Positions 10,077 through 19,849 are shown, numbered from the stretch's first letter. The stretch: 64,000 nucleotides of DNA from Rhodanobacteraceae bacterium (GCA_024234055.1 JACKOW010000001.1:828874-892873), one strand, 5' to 3'. Made by a program: numbers and translations. The notes: generated by a model from the sequence alone, not told the origin.

Positions 10077-10110
10077 CAAAAAGGCCCGCTTTCGCGGGCC
10101 TGTATTTTTT
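10077..10110. terminator. Bidirectional rho-independent terminator (AAAAAGGCCCGC-TTTC-GCGGGCCTGTATTTTTT)
   Basis: 7-bp GC stem, 4-nt loop and U-runs on both strands. It lies downstream of the BI-1 gene (- strand) and the S9 peptidase gene (+ strand). Confidence 0.75.
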
Positions 10111-10111
10111 G

Positions 10112-10175
10112 ACAACCAGCAACCAGCAACCAGCGACCAGCAACCAGCAACCGGCAACCAGCTACCAGCTACCAG
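10112..10175. repeat. CAACCAG/CTACCAG heptamer array abutting the BI-1 stop codon
   Basis: Direct reading. Confidence 0.8.
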
Positions 10176-10178
10176 CTC

Positions 10179-10841
10179 TCAATCCTCGCCGCTGAAGAAG
10201 GCAAACAGGCGCATCAGATGCATGAACAGCACCCAGATGCTGCCAAGCAGGCTGGTGGCGATCACGATGTAGTTCGCTTCCGGATCATGGATCAGCTGGC
10301 TGGTTTCCCACAGGATCGCGCCCGAGATCAGCAGCACCGCGGCGCCGGAAATCACCAGGCTCAGCACCGGCATCTGCAGGAAGATGTTGGCCACGATCGC
10401 GCCCAGGATGACCAGCGAGCCGACGAACAGGAAGCCGCCCATGAAGTTGAAGTTGGTGCGCGAGACCAGCGCGTAGCCGGACAGCGAGAAGAAGATGACG
10501 CTGGTGGCGGCCAGCGCATAGACCGGGATATTCGGATCGATGCTCAAGTAGATGCCGACGATCGGACCCAGGAAGTAGCCGAGGCCTGCGGCGTAAACGA
10601 AGGACAGCACCAGACCGGCCATGCTGTTGCGAGTTGCGTTCACGGCAAACGGCATGCCGATCATGAAGGCCAGGAATAGCCAGACATTGATGGGCGTGGC
10701 GCCGCTGCTGATGGCATACCAGCAGGTCACTGCCGACAGGCCGAGGATCATGGTCAGCAGCGTGTAGGCATTGCGGATGGTCTTGGTATTGGCCAGCGCA
10801 GCAACTTCTGCACGGGTCAGGACCGGATTGGCTGCACTCAT
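10179..10841 (-). CDS. Bax inhibitor-1/YccA family inner membrane protein
   Basis: 220 aa, 7 TM helices, typical BI-1 N-terminus and C-terminal charged tail. Confidence 0.8.
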   Translation of the reverse strand: MSAANPVLTRAEVAALANTKTIRNAYTLLTMILGLSAVTCWYAISSGATPINVWLFLAFMIGMPFAVNATRNSMAGLVLSFVYAAGLGYFLGPIVGIYLSIDPNIPVYALAATSVIFFSLSGYALVSRTNFNFMGGFLFVGSLVILGAIVANIFLQMPVLSLVISGAAVLLISGAILWETSQLIHDPEANYIVIATSLLGSIWVLFMHLMRLFAFFSGED

Positions 10842-11280
10842 CTAGGCACTCCAGGCGTTTGGCTTAAGGTTTGTAGCAATATGTGTCGGTCGTCAGCGTA
10901 ATTCAAGCTCTCGTATACAGGATGTCAAGGCGCGTCGGCATCAGTCCTTGATGTTCAGCTGCGTTCAACGAATACGTTTGGCCGGACATTTTGTTCCTGG
11001 GGCAGGCCGGCTCGCCAGTGCTCTGCTCTGTAGGTCCAGACCCGTCTGGACCTACAACAGCATCGGTGTCGGTGTTGGGGCCTCGGGGTCGGCTAGAGCA
11101 GGCCGCCTGTGGGAGCGGACTCTGTCCGCGAAAAGGGCTGCCGGTAAGCGGCACGCTAGCCCGCATCTATCACACCTGCGCTAGTCGATGGCGGGCAGAC
11201 CGCTGCCCGGTCAATCGATGACCGGAGCTGGCTCTGGCCAGCGAGGGTTGCTTGGTCTTCAGTTGCTGACTACGCAGTCC

Positions 11281-12387
11281 TCAGTTGCCAAGAACCGCCG
11301 CCACCAACTCCCCCAGCGCCAGGCTGGAGGTCAAACCTGGCGACTCGATGCCAAACAGATTCACCAATCCGGGCAAGCCGTGCACGGCCTGGTCCTGGAT
11401 GACGAAATCCGCGCTCGGTTGCCCCGGACCGGCGAGCTTGGGCCGCACACCGACGAAATCCGGTGTCAGATCCTCCTCCCGCAGCGCCGGCCACCATTGC
11501 CGGATGGACTCGGCAAAGGCGCGGCGCTGGCTGTCGTCGAACTGGTAGCTGGGCGCGTCTATCCAGCGCATGTCCGGGCCGAAACGGCAGCGGCCGCTGA
11601 TGTCCATTCCCAGATGTACGCCGAGGCTGGCGCTGCCGGGCAGCGGGTAGATCAACCGCGTGAATGGCGAACGCCCGCGCAGATTGTAGTAGTGGCCCTG
11701 GCCGTACCAGAGCCGCGGCACATGTCGGGCATCCAGACCGCCGGTGTTGGCGGCCAGTGCCGGCGCGCCCAGTCCGGCGGCGTTGACCAGTCGACGGCAG
11801 CGCAACTGGTCGCCGCCCTCGGTCCGCACCTGGAATGTGCCGTCGCTGGCATCAATGCTTGCGACCCGGGTGCGGCACAGCACCCGACTGCCGTGTTGTT
11901 CGATATCGCCGATCAGCGCCGTGATCAGCTCCGGCACATCGACGATGCCGGTATTCGGCGAATCCAGCGCCGCTACGCAGCGCAGCGCCGGTTCGAGGGC
12001 CATGGTCTGGTCAGCCTCCAGCCAGTGCACCTCGACGCCGTTGGCCTGCGCCTGAGCCTGGATGGCCTGGAGCCCGGGTCGATCCGCCTCGCGCGTGGCC
12101 ACGATCAGCTTGCCGGTGCGCCGGTGAGCCACGCGCCGATGTTGGCAATAGCCATAGATCAGCGCCAGTCCGCGCACGCAGGCACGCGCTTTCAGCGAGC
12201 CGGTGGCGTAGTACATGCCGGCATGGATAACGCCGGAATTTCGGCTGGAAATCCCTTCGCCCGGTCGGTCCTCCGCCTCCAGCACCAGCACTTCAGAGCC
12301 CGACAGCGCCAGCGCCCGCGCCACCGCCAGGCCAACCACGCCAGCACCGACGACGACGGTATCGATATCGAAGCTGCCTGTGGACAT
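11281..12387 (-). CDS. FAD-dependent oxidoreductase, L-2-hydroxyglutarate oxidase (LhgO)-like
   Basis: N-terminal DIDTVVVGAGVVGLAVA dinucleotide fold and the SGVIHAGMYY motif. The ORF-table N-terminal extension (through repeats) is rejected. Start MSTGSF at 12387 (alternative 12399). Confidence 0.7.
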   Translation of the reverse strand: MSTGSFDIDTVVVGAGVVGLAVARALALSGSEVLVLEAEDRPGEGISSRNSGVIHAGMYYATGSLKARACVRGLALIYGYCQHRRVAHRRTGKLIVATREADRPGLQAIQAQAQANGVEVHWLEADQTMALEPALRCVAALDSPNTGIVDVPELITALIGDIEQHGSRVLCRTRVASIDASDGTFQVRTEGGDQLRCRRLVNAAGLGAPALAANTGGLDARHVPRLWYGQGHYYNLRGRSPFTRLIYPLPGSASLGVHLGMDISGRCRFGPDMRWIDAPSYQFDDSQRRAFAESIRQWWPALREEDLTPDFVGVRPKLAGPGQPSADFVIQDQAVHGLPGLVNLFGIESPGLTSSLALGELVAAVLGN

Positions 12388-12445
12388 GGGGGCGCCCATC
12401 CGGGGGTCGGCGTCATTTTGCCCGGCCCAGGGTCGGTCGAACAGT

Positions 12446-12640
12446 CTGCCGTTGGTAGGAGCGACCTCGCGTCGCGATCGCAGTTGGAGTTCCTGCCACG
12501 AAAACCGGGAGCGGCGGCGAGCTGCCGCCTGAAGAGGACACGAAGGAAAGTCCGGCATTTGTAGGAGCGACCTTGCGTCGCGATCGCAGTTGGAGTCTTG
12601 CCACGAAAACCGGGAACGGCGGCGAGCTGTGGGCAGAAGC
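12446..12640. repeat. Two direct copies of a ~75-bp unit (GTAGGAGCGACCTCGCGTCGCGATCGCAGTTGGAGT..CCACGAAAACCGGGA.CGGCGGCGAGCTG), separated by ~45 bp
   Basis: Direct reading. REP and CAACCGA arrays follow at 12765-12870. Confidence 0.8.
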
Positions 12641-12903
12641 AGGACGCGAAGGACGCAGAGGAAAAGCAGAAAGGACGCGGAGAAGAGCCGGTGACTGTCG
12701 ATGATTGGACGCATGCTCTGCCGACACTGGCACTGACAACCGCTTTACCGGCCGCGGGTCTGATCGCGGACAGAGTCCGCTCCCACAGGCTGTCTGCTCT
12801 TTCCGACAACCGACAACCGACAACCGACAACCAGCAACCTGCTCTTGTGGGAGCGGGCTCTGCCCGCGATGCTGTCCTCACCCGCGATCTCCGGAGGAAC
12901 GCC

Positions 12904-14385
12904 ATGCGCCCCCTGATCCTCGCCCTCGACCAGGGCACGTCCAGCTCACGCTCGCTGCTGATCGACGATCGGGCCCGGATTGTCGCCAGCCACAGCGAGG
13001 CCTTTGACTGCGAGTACCCGCAGCCGGGCTGGGTTGAAGTCGATGCCGATCGACTGTGGCAGACGCAGCTCAGCTCGATCCGCTCGGTGCTGGCGCAGGC
13101 ACAGTTGCGGGCCGAGGCCATCAGCGCCATCGGCTTGACCAATCAGCGCGAGACCATCGTCGCCTGGGACAAGCGCAGCGGGGCGCCGCTGGGGCCGGCC
13201 ATCGTCTGGCAATGCCGGCGCACCGCGGCGGCCTGTAGCGTGCTCAGGGACCGAGGTATCGAGGCTGAGGTACGTGCGCGTACCGGTCTGCTGCTGGATC
13301 CGTATTTCTCGGCCACCAAGATGTGCTGGATGCTGGATCACTGGCCGCAAGCCCGAGTGCTCGCCGGGCAAGGGCGGCTGGCTTTCGGCACGGTCGACAG
13401 TTGGCTGGTCTGGCAGTTGAGCGGCGGCCGCGCCCATCTGACCGACGCCAGCAATGCCTCGCGCACGCTGCTCTACAACCTGCATCTGGGCGATTGGGAT
13501 CCGTGGCTGCTGGATCTGTTCGGCATCCCCGCCGAGGCCTTGCCGCAGGTGGTTGATTCCAGTGGCGTGTTGGCGCACACCGACGCCGCGGTTATCGGCG
13601 CGCGCATTCCGATCGCAGGTATGGCCGGAGACCAGCAGGCGGCGCTGTTCGGTCAGGCTTGCACGCGCCCGGGGATGGCCAAGAACACCTATGGCACCGG
13701 CTGCTTCCTGCTGCTCAACAGCGGCGATCAGCCGGTGCCGTCGAAGCACGGCTTGTTGACCACCGTGGCCTGGCAGCTCGCGGGTGCCCGCACCTATGCG
13801 CTGGAGGGCTCGGTGTTCGTCGCCGGGGCGCTGATCCAGTGGTTGCGCGATGAGCTGGGCCTGATCCGCCACGCCGCCGAGAGCGCCGAACTGGCCGCCA
13901 GCGTGACCGACAGCGGCGGTGTCAGCATCGTGCCGGCTTTCGTTGGCCTGGGTGCACCGCACTGGGACAGCGCCGCGCGCGGCCTGATTTGCGGACTGAC
14001 CCGCGGCAGTGGCAAGGCCCACATCGTCCGTGCTGCGCTGGAATCGGTGGCCTTGCAGAATGTCGAACTGCTGCACGCCATGCAGGGCGACACCGGCAGC
14101 GCACTCACCGAATTGCGTATCGATGGTGGCATGAGTGCCAATGATTTCCTCTGTCAGTTCCAGGCCGACGTGCTCGGCGTGGCCGTGTGCCGACCGGCGC
14201 AGCAGGAGAGCACCGGCCTCGGAGCGGGTTTGCTGGCTGGACTGGGCATCGGCCTTTGGCCCGACCTGCAGCATCTGGAGACGCTGTGGCGCGAGCAGCG
14301 TCGTTTTGTGCCGGAGATGTCGGGCACCGACCGGCAGCAACATCTGGCGCGATGGCACGCCGCCGTTGCCCGCGCCCGATGCTGA
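12904..14385 (+). CDS. glpK: Glycerol kinase
   Basis: FGGY motifs LALDQGTSSSR, NTYGTGCF, GDQQAAL. GGAGG SD lies 8 nt before ATG 12904. The ORF-table upstream extension is rejected. Confidence 0.9.
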   Translation: MRPLILALDQGTSSSRSLLIDDRARIVASHSEAFDCEYPQPGWVEVDADRLWQTQLSSIRSVLAQAQLRAEAISAIGLTNQRETIVAWDKRSGAPLGPAIVWQCRRTAAACSVLRDRGIEAEVRARTGLLLDPYFSATKMCWMLDHWPQARVLAGQGRLAFGTVDSWLVWQLSGGRAHLTDASNASRTLLYNLHLGDWDPWLLDLFGIPAEALPQVVDSSGVLAHTDAAVIGARIPIAGMAGDQQAALFGQACTRPGMAKNTYGTGCFLLLNSGDQPVPSKHGLLTTVAWQLAGARTYALEGSVFVAGALIQWLRDELGLIRHAAESAELAASVTDSGGVSIVPAFVGLGAPHWDSAARGLICGLTRGSGKAHIVRAALESVALQNVELLHAMQGDTGSALTELRIDGGMSANDFLCQFQADVLGVAVCRPAQQESTGLGAGLLAGLGIGLWPDLQHLETLWREQRRFVPEMSGTDRQQHLARWHAAVARARC

Positions 14386-14400
14386 CCAGCTTCCGCGGGA

Positions 14401-15897
14401 TTACTCGAAACCGCTTTGGAAAAGCGTATCCGGCAGCAGGCGCTGGTCCGCCAGCGTGTTCAGATAGCACTCGAGGTTGCTGTAGCCGGCCACGCCGGTG
14501 AAGGCAATCGACAACTGGTCGCCGTTGTTGTCGGCTACCATCGGATCAAGCCCGAGGGCAGCCTGAGCCAGTTCGAATTCGTCCGGCATGCCATCGCCAT
14601 CGCTATCTTGCGGTGCCGCGGGTGGCGAGTCCGGATCAAAATCCAGATCAAAAGTGTCGTTGGCCAGCGGCGTGCCGTGGTCGATCGCCGGGAAGGACTG
14701 CGCCAGGGTGGAGTCCCGCCAACGCCGCTCCAAGGGGTCTGCAGGAAGGGCGCCCACACGGCCCGGAAGTTCGCCGGGCAAGCCGCTGCCAGGCCCATAG
14801 GCGATGGCGGGAAAGGACAGTCGCTGCGACCGCCGGTTGGCCACGCCCAGGTCGAGATTGGGGCCGTTGGCGGGAAAGTCATTGCAGCAATAGAACAGCT
14901 GGTAGTCGGACAGCGTGGGATAGGCGGAGAGCTGGTTGTCGCTGACGAATAGCTGGTTGGTGGCGACATCGAGCAGATCGTGCAGGAACATGCCATAGGG
15001 ATAGCCTGGCCGGGTCAGGAAGCGATTGCCGACGGCATTGATCTGCACCTGGTAGGCCCCGGCAGCAGGATTCTGGTCCACGTCGCGGTTGTACCAGACC
15101 AGAAACCCCGGATCGGCATACAGATTGTTGCTGAGTTCCAATTGCAGCGGCGTGGACTGACAGCTCTGGATCAGCCCTGGAAGACCGTCATAGTTGCTCG
15201 CCTCGCAGGTGATCTCCGGTGTCCGGCCACCCACCCGATACCAGAGATTGCGTATCAGCGCGATACGGTCCTGTGGGTGATCGGGATGAGAATAGTTGAG
15301 CAGCACGCCGCCACGGTCGGCGTGTTCACCCACCGTCTCGCCGAGCATGGAATCCTGCACCGTGATATCGGAGGCCCAGCTGATCTGCAGTGCCTCGTCA
15401 GTGGCATGCGCCAGTGTCAGATGATCGAAGATGGCCAGATGGATGCCGTCCAGTCTGAGGGCGTCGTCCAGGCGTTCGCCGCCAGGCGGCACGGGCAGAT
15501 TCCAGCCAGGGCGCGTGCGCAAATGCCGCACGATCAAGTTGTCGCATGAGTTCTGTTCGTAGTGACCGTCGCAGATCAGGCCGCGAACGATGATGCCGCC
15601 CGGGGACGTCTGGCCAGCGATGGTGAGGTCGCCGTGGACGATGTTGGCAATCCCGTGGATCACGCCGCTGACATCGAATACCACCGTGCGCGGTCCGCTC
15701 TGCCGCAGCGCCCAGTTCAGCGAACCCGGCTGGGTGCCGGCGGGATCCGGGGAGAGCGTCGTGACGTGCAGCACGACCCCGCCGCGCCCGCCCGTGGCGG
15801 CGGCACCGAAGCCCTCGGCGCCCGGAAATGCGGGGATCTGACCCAAAGCCGGCATCGCGCAGAGCGCCAGATACAAAAAGCAGGATAAACGCATCAT
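14401..15897 (-). CDS. Secreted pectate-lyase-like (PL1-type parallel beta-helix) protein with C-terminal Asp-rich Ca-binding/dockerin-like motif
   Basis: Signal peptide MMRLSCFLYLALCAMPALG. N-terminal AEGFGAAATGGRGGVVLHVTTL..GSLNWAL resembles the pectate lyase signature. C-terminal DSDGDGMPDEFE. Ends ..LFQSGFE. Confidence 0.6.
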   Translation of the reverse strand: MMRLSCFLYLALCAMPALGQIPAFPGAEGFGAAATGGRGGVVLHVTTLSPDPAGTQPGSLNWALRQSGPRTVVFDVSGVIHGIANIVHGDLTIAGQTSPGGIIVRGLICDGHYEQNSCDNLIVRHLRTRPGWNLPVPPGGERLDDALRLDGIHLAIFDHLTLAHATDEALQISWASDITVQDSMLGETVGEHADRGGVLLNYSHPDHPQDRIALIRNLWYRVGGRTPEITCEASNYDGLPGLIQSCQSTPLQLELSNNLYADPGFLVWYNRDVDQNPAAGAYQVQINAVGNRFLTRPGYPYGMFLHDLLDVATNQLFVSDNQLSAYPTLSDYQLFYCCNDFPANGPNLDLGVANRRSQRLSFPAIAYGPGSGLPGELPGRVGALPADPLERRWRDSTLAQSFPAIDHGTPLANDTFDLDFDPDSPPAAPQDSDGDGMPDEFELAQAALGLDPMVADNNGDQLSIAFTGVAGYSNLECYLNTLADQRLLPDTLFQSGFE

Positions 15898-15911
15898 GGC
15901 AAGGTGCCCCT

Positions 15912-17261
15912 TCACTCGAAGCCGTCACGCAGAAGCAGATCGGGAGTCAACTCGTAGGCGCCGATGTCGACGTTGGCGCCCTGTAGCCGGTCATGCCCGT
16001 CCAGATCTTCCACCGCCAGTCCGCTTGGAATCAACATCGTTCCCGAGTCGATGCCCGCAGACTCCGGAGCAAGTCGGTAGTCATTGACGCCACGAAAGCT
16101 CGGGCTGGCAAGGCCGAGATCCGAGCCCAGATTTTGGCTGGCGCTCACCGCCGCCAGACTGCTCGGCAAGCCATTGTCCTCAAAGATGCTGTTGTGTACG
16201 GCCACGCCCGGCGTGCCGAAAATCTGCAGTGCTCTGGAGGCATGATTGACGACCGTCAGGTTGCTGAGATCGGCCAGTGCCAGCGAGGAACTGCCGGTGA
16301 CAGTGATTCCACTCTGCGGTCCGGAATGCAGCAGGCTGCTGCTGACACTGACGGTGGCCTGATCGGAGACGCTGATCGCCAGTTGACTGCTTCCAGCTGG
16401 TGCGGCCGGGGCGAGATTGTCGTGCAGATTCAGGCGCGTCAGCGATATCAGCGAGCTGCCGCCGGCGGACGCGGCCAAGGCTGTGCCGAAGACACTGGTG
16501 GCGGCGCTGCTGGCTGAATGAACTTCAACCTGGCGAGCAGAAATCCGCCCCTGACCCTGGGTGATGAGGTTGACTGCCGTGCCTTCCGTCTGGTTGAGCG
16601 CCTGCGCCTGCAGGGAAGTGAGCAACAGACTGTCGAGTATCACCTGCGCGCGTTGCTGGCTGAGAATCTTCAGACCCACACCAAAGGCGACGCTGGGATG
16701 GGTGTTGGTGCAGTTCTGGATCTGGCTGTCGTAGAAGGACAGGAAACTGTCGTCATTGGCGTTGAATTGAACGCAGCCGCCGTCCGTGGCCGAACTGCTG
16801 CTGTCGCGCAGGCTCAGTTGCCCAAGGATGGCGCTGGCCGTGCCGTTCAGCGTCACCATCATGGTCGCCACCTGCGCCACTGAGCTTCCGCCGCGCAGCT
16901 GCAGGCGCGTCAACAGCAAGCTGCCGCCGCTCAGTTGCGCACTGAAGACGCGTCCGCTCGATGACGCATCGAGCACGGTAGCCGCGCCCTGACTGGTGAA
17001 ACTGGCATCCCAGCCGCCACTGATGCTGAGATCGTTGCCGCTGAGATCGCCAGCGATCAGCGTCGTGCCGATGAGCGTGCCGGCCTGCACCCGAAGTTCG
17101 TCCGCGCCGGGCATTCCCAGCGCAGCTGCAACCGCTGATTGCAGGCTGGCATGGGCGCCACTGGGTCCTACCGTGATCACGGCAGCCCCGGCCAGCGGTG
17201 CCGCCGAACTCAACACCGCACCCCACCATGCCGCGACCACAACCCATCTCCATTGCCGCAT
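15912..17261 (-). CDS. Secreted parallel beta-helix repeat protein with choice-of-anchor-Q-like DIGAYE motif
   Basis: Signal peptide and Ser/Thr/Asn-rich beta-helix repeats. C-terminal GANVDIGAYELTP..LLRDGFE. Confidence 0.55.
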   Translation of the reverse strand: MRQWRWVVVAAWWGAVLSSAAPLAGAAVITVGPSGAHASLQSAVAAALGMPGADELRVQAGTLIGTTLIAGDLSGNDLSISGGWDASFTSQGAATVLDASSSGRVFSAQLSGGSLLLTRLQLRGGSSVAQVATMMVTLNGTASAILGQLSLRDSSSSATDGGCVQFNANDDSFLSFYDSQIQNCTNTHPSVAFGVGLKILSQQRAQVILDSLLLTSLQAQALNQTEGTAVNLITQGQGRISARQVEVHSASSAATSVFGTALAASAGGSSLISLTRLNLHDNLAPAAPAGSSQLAISVSDQATVSVSSSLLHSGPQSGITVTGSSSLALADLSNLTVVNHASRALQIFGTPGVAVHNSIFEDNGLPSSLAAVSASQNLGSDLGLASPSFRGVNDYRLAPESAGIDSGTMLIPSGLAVEDLDGHDRLQGANVDIGAYELTPDLLLRDGFE

Positions 17262-17458
17262 ATGGCCTCCCTTGGCTTCCAGCGTGCGGGAGAGCTTGCG
17301 ACGGTCGGCAAGACGGCGTTAGGACGGGTGCGCCAATGATCAGGACTTGGGCGACTTTGGCACCATGCGTGCTCGCCGTTGGCACCTGGGGGCAAGCGTC
17401 GGGAACAGGAAATTGCCGTCTATGAACATGAACACCGCCGAACAGCCGAGATGTTCGC

Positions 17459-18838
17459 TTAATGGTCGATTTCGCCGTGTCCGATGGCTGGTTCTGCTGA
17501 GGGCGCGTGTCCGAAGGCCAGTCGATAGCGTCGGGAGAAATAGGACAGGTCCTCGAAGCCCACTCGGCTCGCTACCTCGCCTACCCGATAACGCCCGCTG
17601 CGCAACAAGGTTCGGGCCGTTTGCAGTCGGGCCACCAGAACCAACTCCTGCGGGCTGGTATTCAGGGCCGCCTTCAGGCGGCGCTGCAGCGTGCGCGGCG
17701 AGACATGAAAGTGCTCGGCGAGGGCAGCAGGCGTCAGCGCCTCATGCAGGTGCAGTCGTACATGAGCCAGCACGGCATCGGCAAACTCGCGGTCACGAAT
17801 CCCGCCTTGCTCCAGAGCCGGGTCTTCGTCGCTGGGGGAGAGCACGGGCGCGATCGGCGTGGGCGTTTCATCGCCTGAGGGCGTCAGCCGGCTCAGCAGG
17901 GTGCGCAACTGCCGCCGGTATCGTGCTCGGATCCAGACTGCACACCCCAAACCCGGCACCAGGCCCGCCAAGCCAAACAGCAGCAGCATCCGGGGTGTGC
18001 CGAAGTCTTGCAGCATGGCGTCCCAGACCTCAGGTTGGCCGGTCAGGGTCAGTCGTCGCCAGCGCTCGGGATAGCCAAAATCAGTGTCGCCCGACCAGCT
18101 GCGCGGCAGCACCTCCCTGCCTACCGCCGCATCGGCAGGCTCTGGCGCCCCCGGTCTTTGTGCCAGCAGGCGCACCCGTTCCGCCGTCAGAGCCTGAGTA
18201 CTGCCCGGCGGGTGTTCGACCAACCAGTCGTTGTAAACCACATCGATACCCAGTGCGCTGCCGGACATCGGTGTCAGGCCGAGTCCGGCAAATGGAATGC
18301 GCAACTCAAACGTCCAGCCGCTGGCATGTATTTGCGCCGCGTACTCCACCGGCAAGGGTGCCGACTGCCGTTGCGGCACCGTGGCACCCACGAGCGTGCC
18401 GATCAGGCTGTCGCCGCGCAAGACCCCCTGTCGTCCATCCGGCAACAGGAGCAGATCGACGTCATCGTCGTTCATGCTTGGCCCGCCGTCCGCCAGCGCA
18501 TCCAGATAGATCTGCGCCGAGTCGTACTGGTGATAGCGGTCGACGTCCAGGTCTTTCGGTGCCGCGATCAAGGCAGTGTCGTTGACTATCCCGGCCACGA
18601 ACAGGTTGTCGTGGTCCCAGCACAATCGCAGTTCCACCCTCGGCGTGCCGGCAGGTGTCGCAGTGGCTTCGATGATCTGGCCCGCATACCAGGGACTGCG
18701 CCATTCGCTGACATTGCCGTCGATCAGCGGGGAAAAGCGGCGATAGGGGATGGCCGCATCTCCGCCATCTGCCGCAAGCGTGTGGCCGGTCGCAAGCCAG
18801 CCCAGCAGCAAGGAAACACACCAAAGACTGAAGCGCAC
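17459..18838 (-). CDS. AraC-family regulator with N-terminal periplasmic CBM9/DOMON-like sensor domain and a single TM helix
   Basis: C-terminal HTH_AraC (..LAEHFHVSPRTLQRRLK..VGEVASRVGFEDLSYFSRRYRLAFG), a TM segment MLLLFGLAGLVPGLGCAVWI, a periplasmic domain with WDHDNLFVAGIVND, and an N-terminal signal. The start is uncertain: GTG at 18838 gives a plausible signal peptide, while ATG 19039 would overlap metF. Confidence 0.6.
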   Translation of the reverse strand: MRFSLWCVSLLLGWLATGHTLAADGGDAAIPYRRFSPLIDGNVSEWRSPWYAGQIIEATATPAGTPRVELRLCWDHDNLFVAGIVNDTALIAAPKDLDVDRYHQYDSAQIYLDALADGGPSMNDDDVDLLLLPDGRQGVLRGDSLIGTLVGATVPQRQSAPLPVEYAAQIHASGWTFELRIPFAGLGLTPMSGSALGIDVVYNDWLVEHPPGSTQALTAERVRLLAQRPGAPEPADAAVGREVLPRSWSGDTDFGYPERWRRLTLTGQPEVWDAMLQDFGTPRMLLLFGLAGLVPGLGCAVWIRARYRRQLRTLLSRLTPSGDETPTPIAPVLSPSDEDPALEQGGIRDREFADAVLAHVRLHLHEALTPAALAEHFHVSPRTLQRRLKAALNTSPQELVLVARLQTARTLLRSGRYRVGEVASRVGFEDLSYFSRRYRLAFGHAPSAEPAIGHGEIDH

Positions 18839-18939
18839 CTTGGATTTTCTCGCCAACGAGGATGGAGGACTGTGTTGCCCCGCCAGCGGCGCTCCCGTCA
18901 GACGATTCGCGTACCGTTCGACCAAGGCATCCGCCGGGA

Positions 18940-19767
18940 TCAGGCGCCGATGCGCTCCAGGATGTTCATCGTAGCCTTGGCCCGGTTCAGCGTATAGAAG
19001 TGCAAGGACGGCGCGCCGGCGTTGATCAGCCGCAGGCACAGGGCCGACACCACCTCAGCCCCCAGTTCGCGGATTGACTCGACGTCGTCGCCATAGGATT
19101 GCATCCGGCGCTCGATCCAGCGCGGAATCTCGGCGCCGCACTGGTCGGAAAAGCGCTTCAGCTGGCTGAAATTGCCGATGGGCATGATGCCCGGCACGAT
19201 CGGCACCGTGACCCCCAGCGCCCGGACATCGCGCACGAAGCGCTCGTAAGCCTCGGCATTGAAGAAGTACTGGGTGATGACGCCATTGGCGCCGGCCGCT
19301 ACCTTCTGCACCAGATGGCGCAGGTCTTCATCCGCGCTGCGCGCCTGCGGGTGGAATTCCGGATAACCCGCTACCTCGATATGGAAGTAGCCGTCGAACT
19401 CACTGCGAATGAAGCGCACGAGATCGATGGCATGACGGAATTCGCCGGCCGTGGCCATGCCCGAGGGCATGTCGCCGCGCAGCGCCACGATGCGACGGCA
19501 GCCCAGATCCACGTATCGCTGCAGCAGTTCGCGAATCTCTTCGCGCGTTCCGCCCAGGCAAGACAGGTGCGGCGCCACTTCCAGACCCTGGATCTGCCGC
19601 AGCCCTACGACCGTGTCGTAGGTGTAGCTCAGCGTGGAACCGCCGGCACCAAAGGTCACACTGACGTAATCAGGCGAGTGTGACTTCAGCATCTCGGCGG
19701 TGCGCGTCAGCGCCTCGCGCTGATCCGGGGTCTTGGGTGGGAAAAACTCGAAGCTCAGCGGCAACAT
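18940..19767 (-). CDS. metF: 5,10-methylenetetrahydrofolate reductase
   Basis: Start MLPLSFEFFPPKT at 19767. Conserved MetF motifs throughout. Confidence 0.9.
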   Translation of the reverse strand: MLPLSFEFFPPKTPDQREALTRTAEMLKSHSPDYVSVTFGAGGSTLSYTYDTVVGLRQIQGLEVAPHLSCLGGTREEIRELLQRYVDLGCRRIVALRGDMPSGMATAGEFRHAIDLVRFIRSEFDGYFHIEVAGYPEFHPQARSADEDLRHLVQKVAAGANGVITQYFFNAEAYERFVRDVRALGVTVPIVPGIMPIGNFSQLKRFSDQCGAEIPRWIERRMQSYGDDVESIRELGAEVVSALCLRLINAGAPSLHFYTLNRAKATMNILERIGA

Positions 19768-19849
19768 GGGCGGTACAGACGTCCAGACATCCGCCCGATT
19801 GGCGGTAGCTGGATACTCGCCGCAGAGGGTACATCGGGGCAAGCGCGGC

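Noticed and set aside
8829-10157. 442-aa - ORF antisense to the S9 peptidase and running through the repeat/terminator region
   Set aside because: Arg/Gly/Ala-rich shadow ORF. It crosses a rho-independent terminator and a MITE.
11188-12564. 458-aa + ORF opposite the lhgO-like gene; also 12192..13142 - and 12946..14358 - opposite glpK
   Set aside because: Antisense shadow ORFs. The sense strands carry clear FAD-oxidoreductase and FGGY kinase motifs.
17459-19039. ATG start at 19039 for the AraC regulator (526 aa)
   Set aside because: It would overlap the 3' 100 bp of metF and add a 67-aa N-terminus with no features. An internal GTG (18838) gives a signal-peptide-like N-terminus. This remains uncertain.
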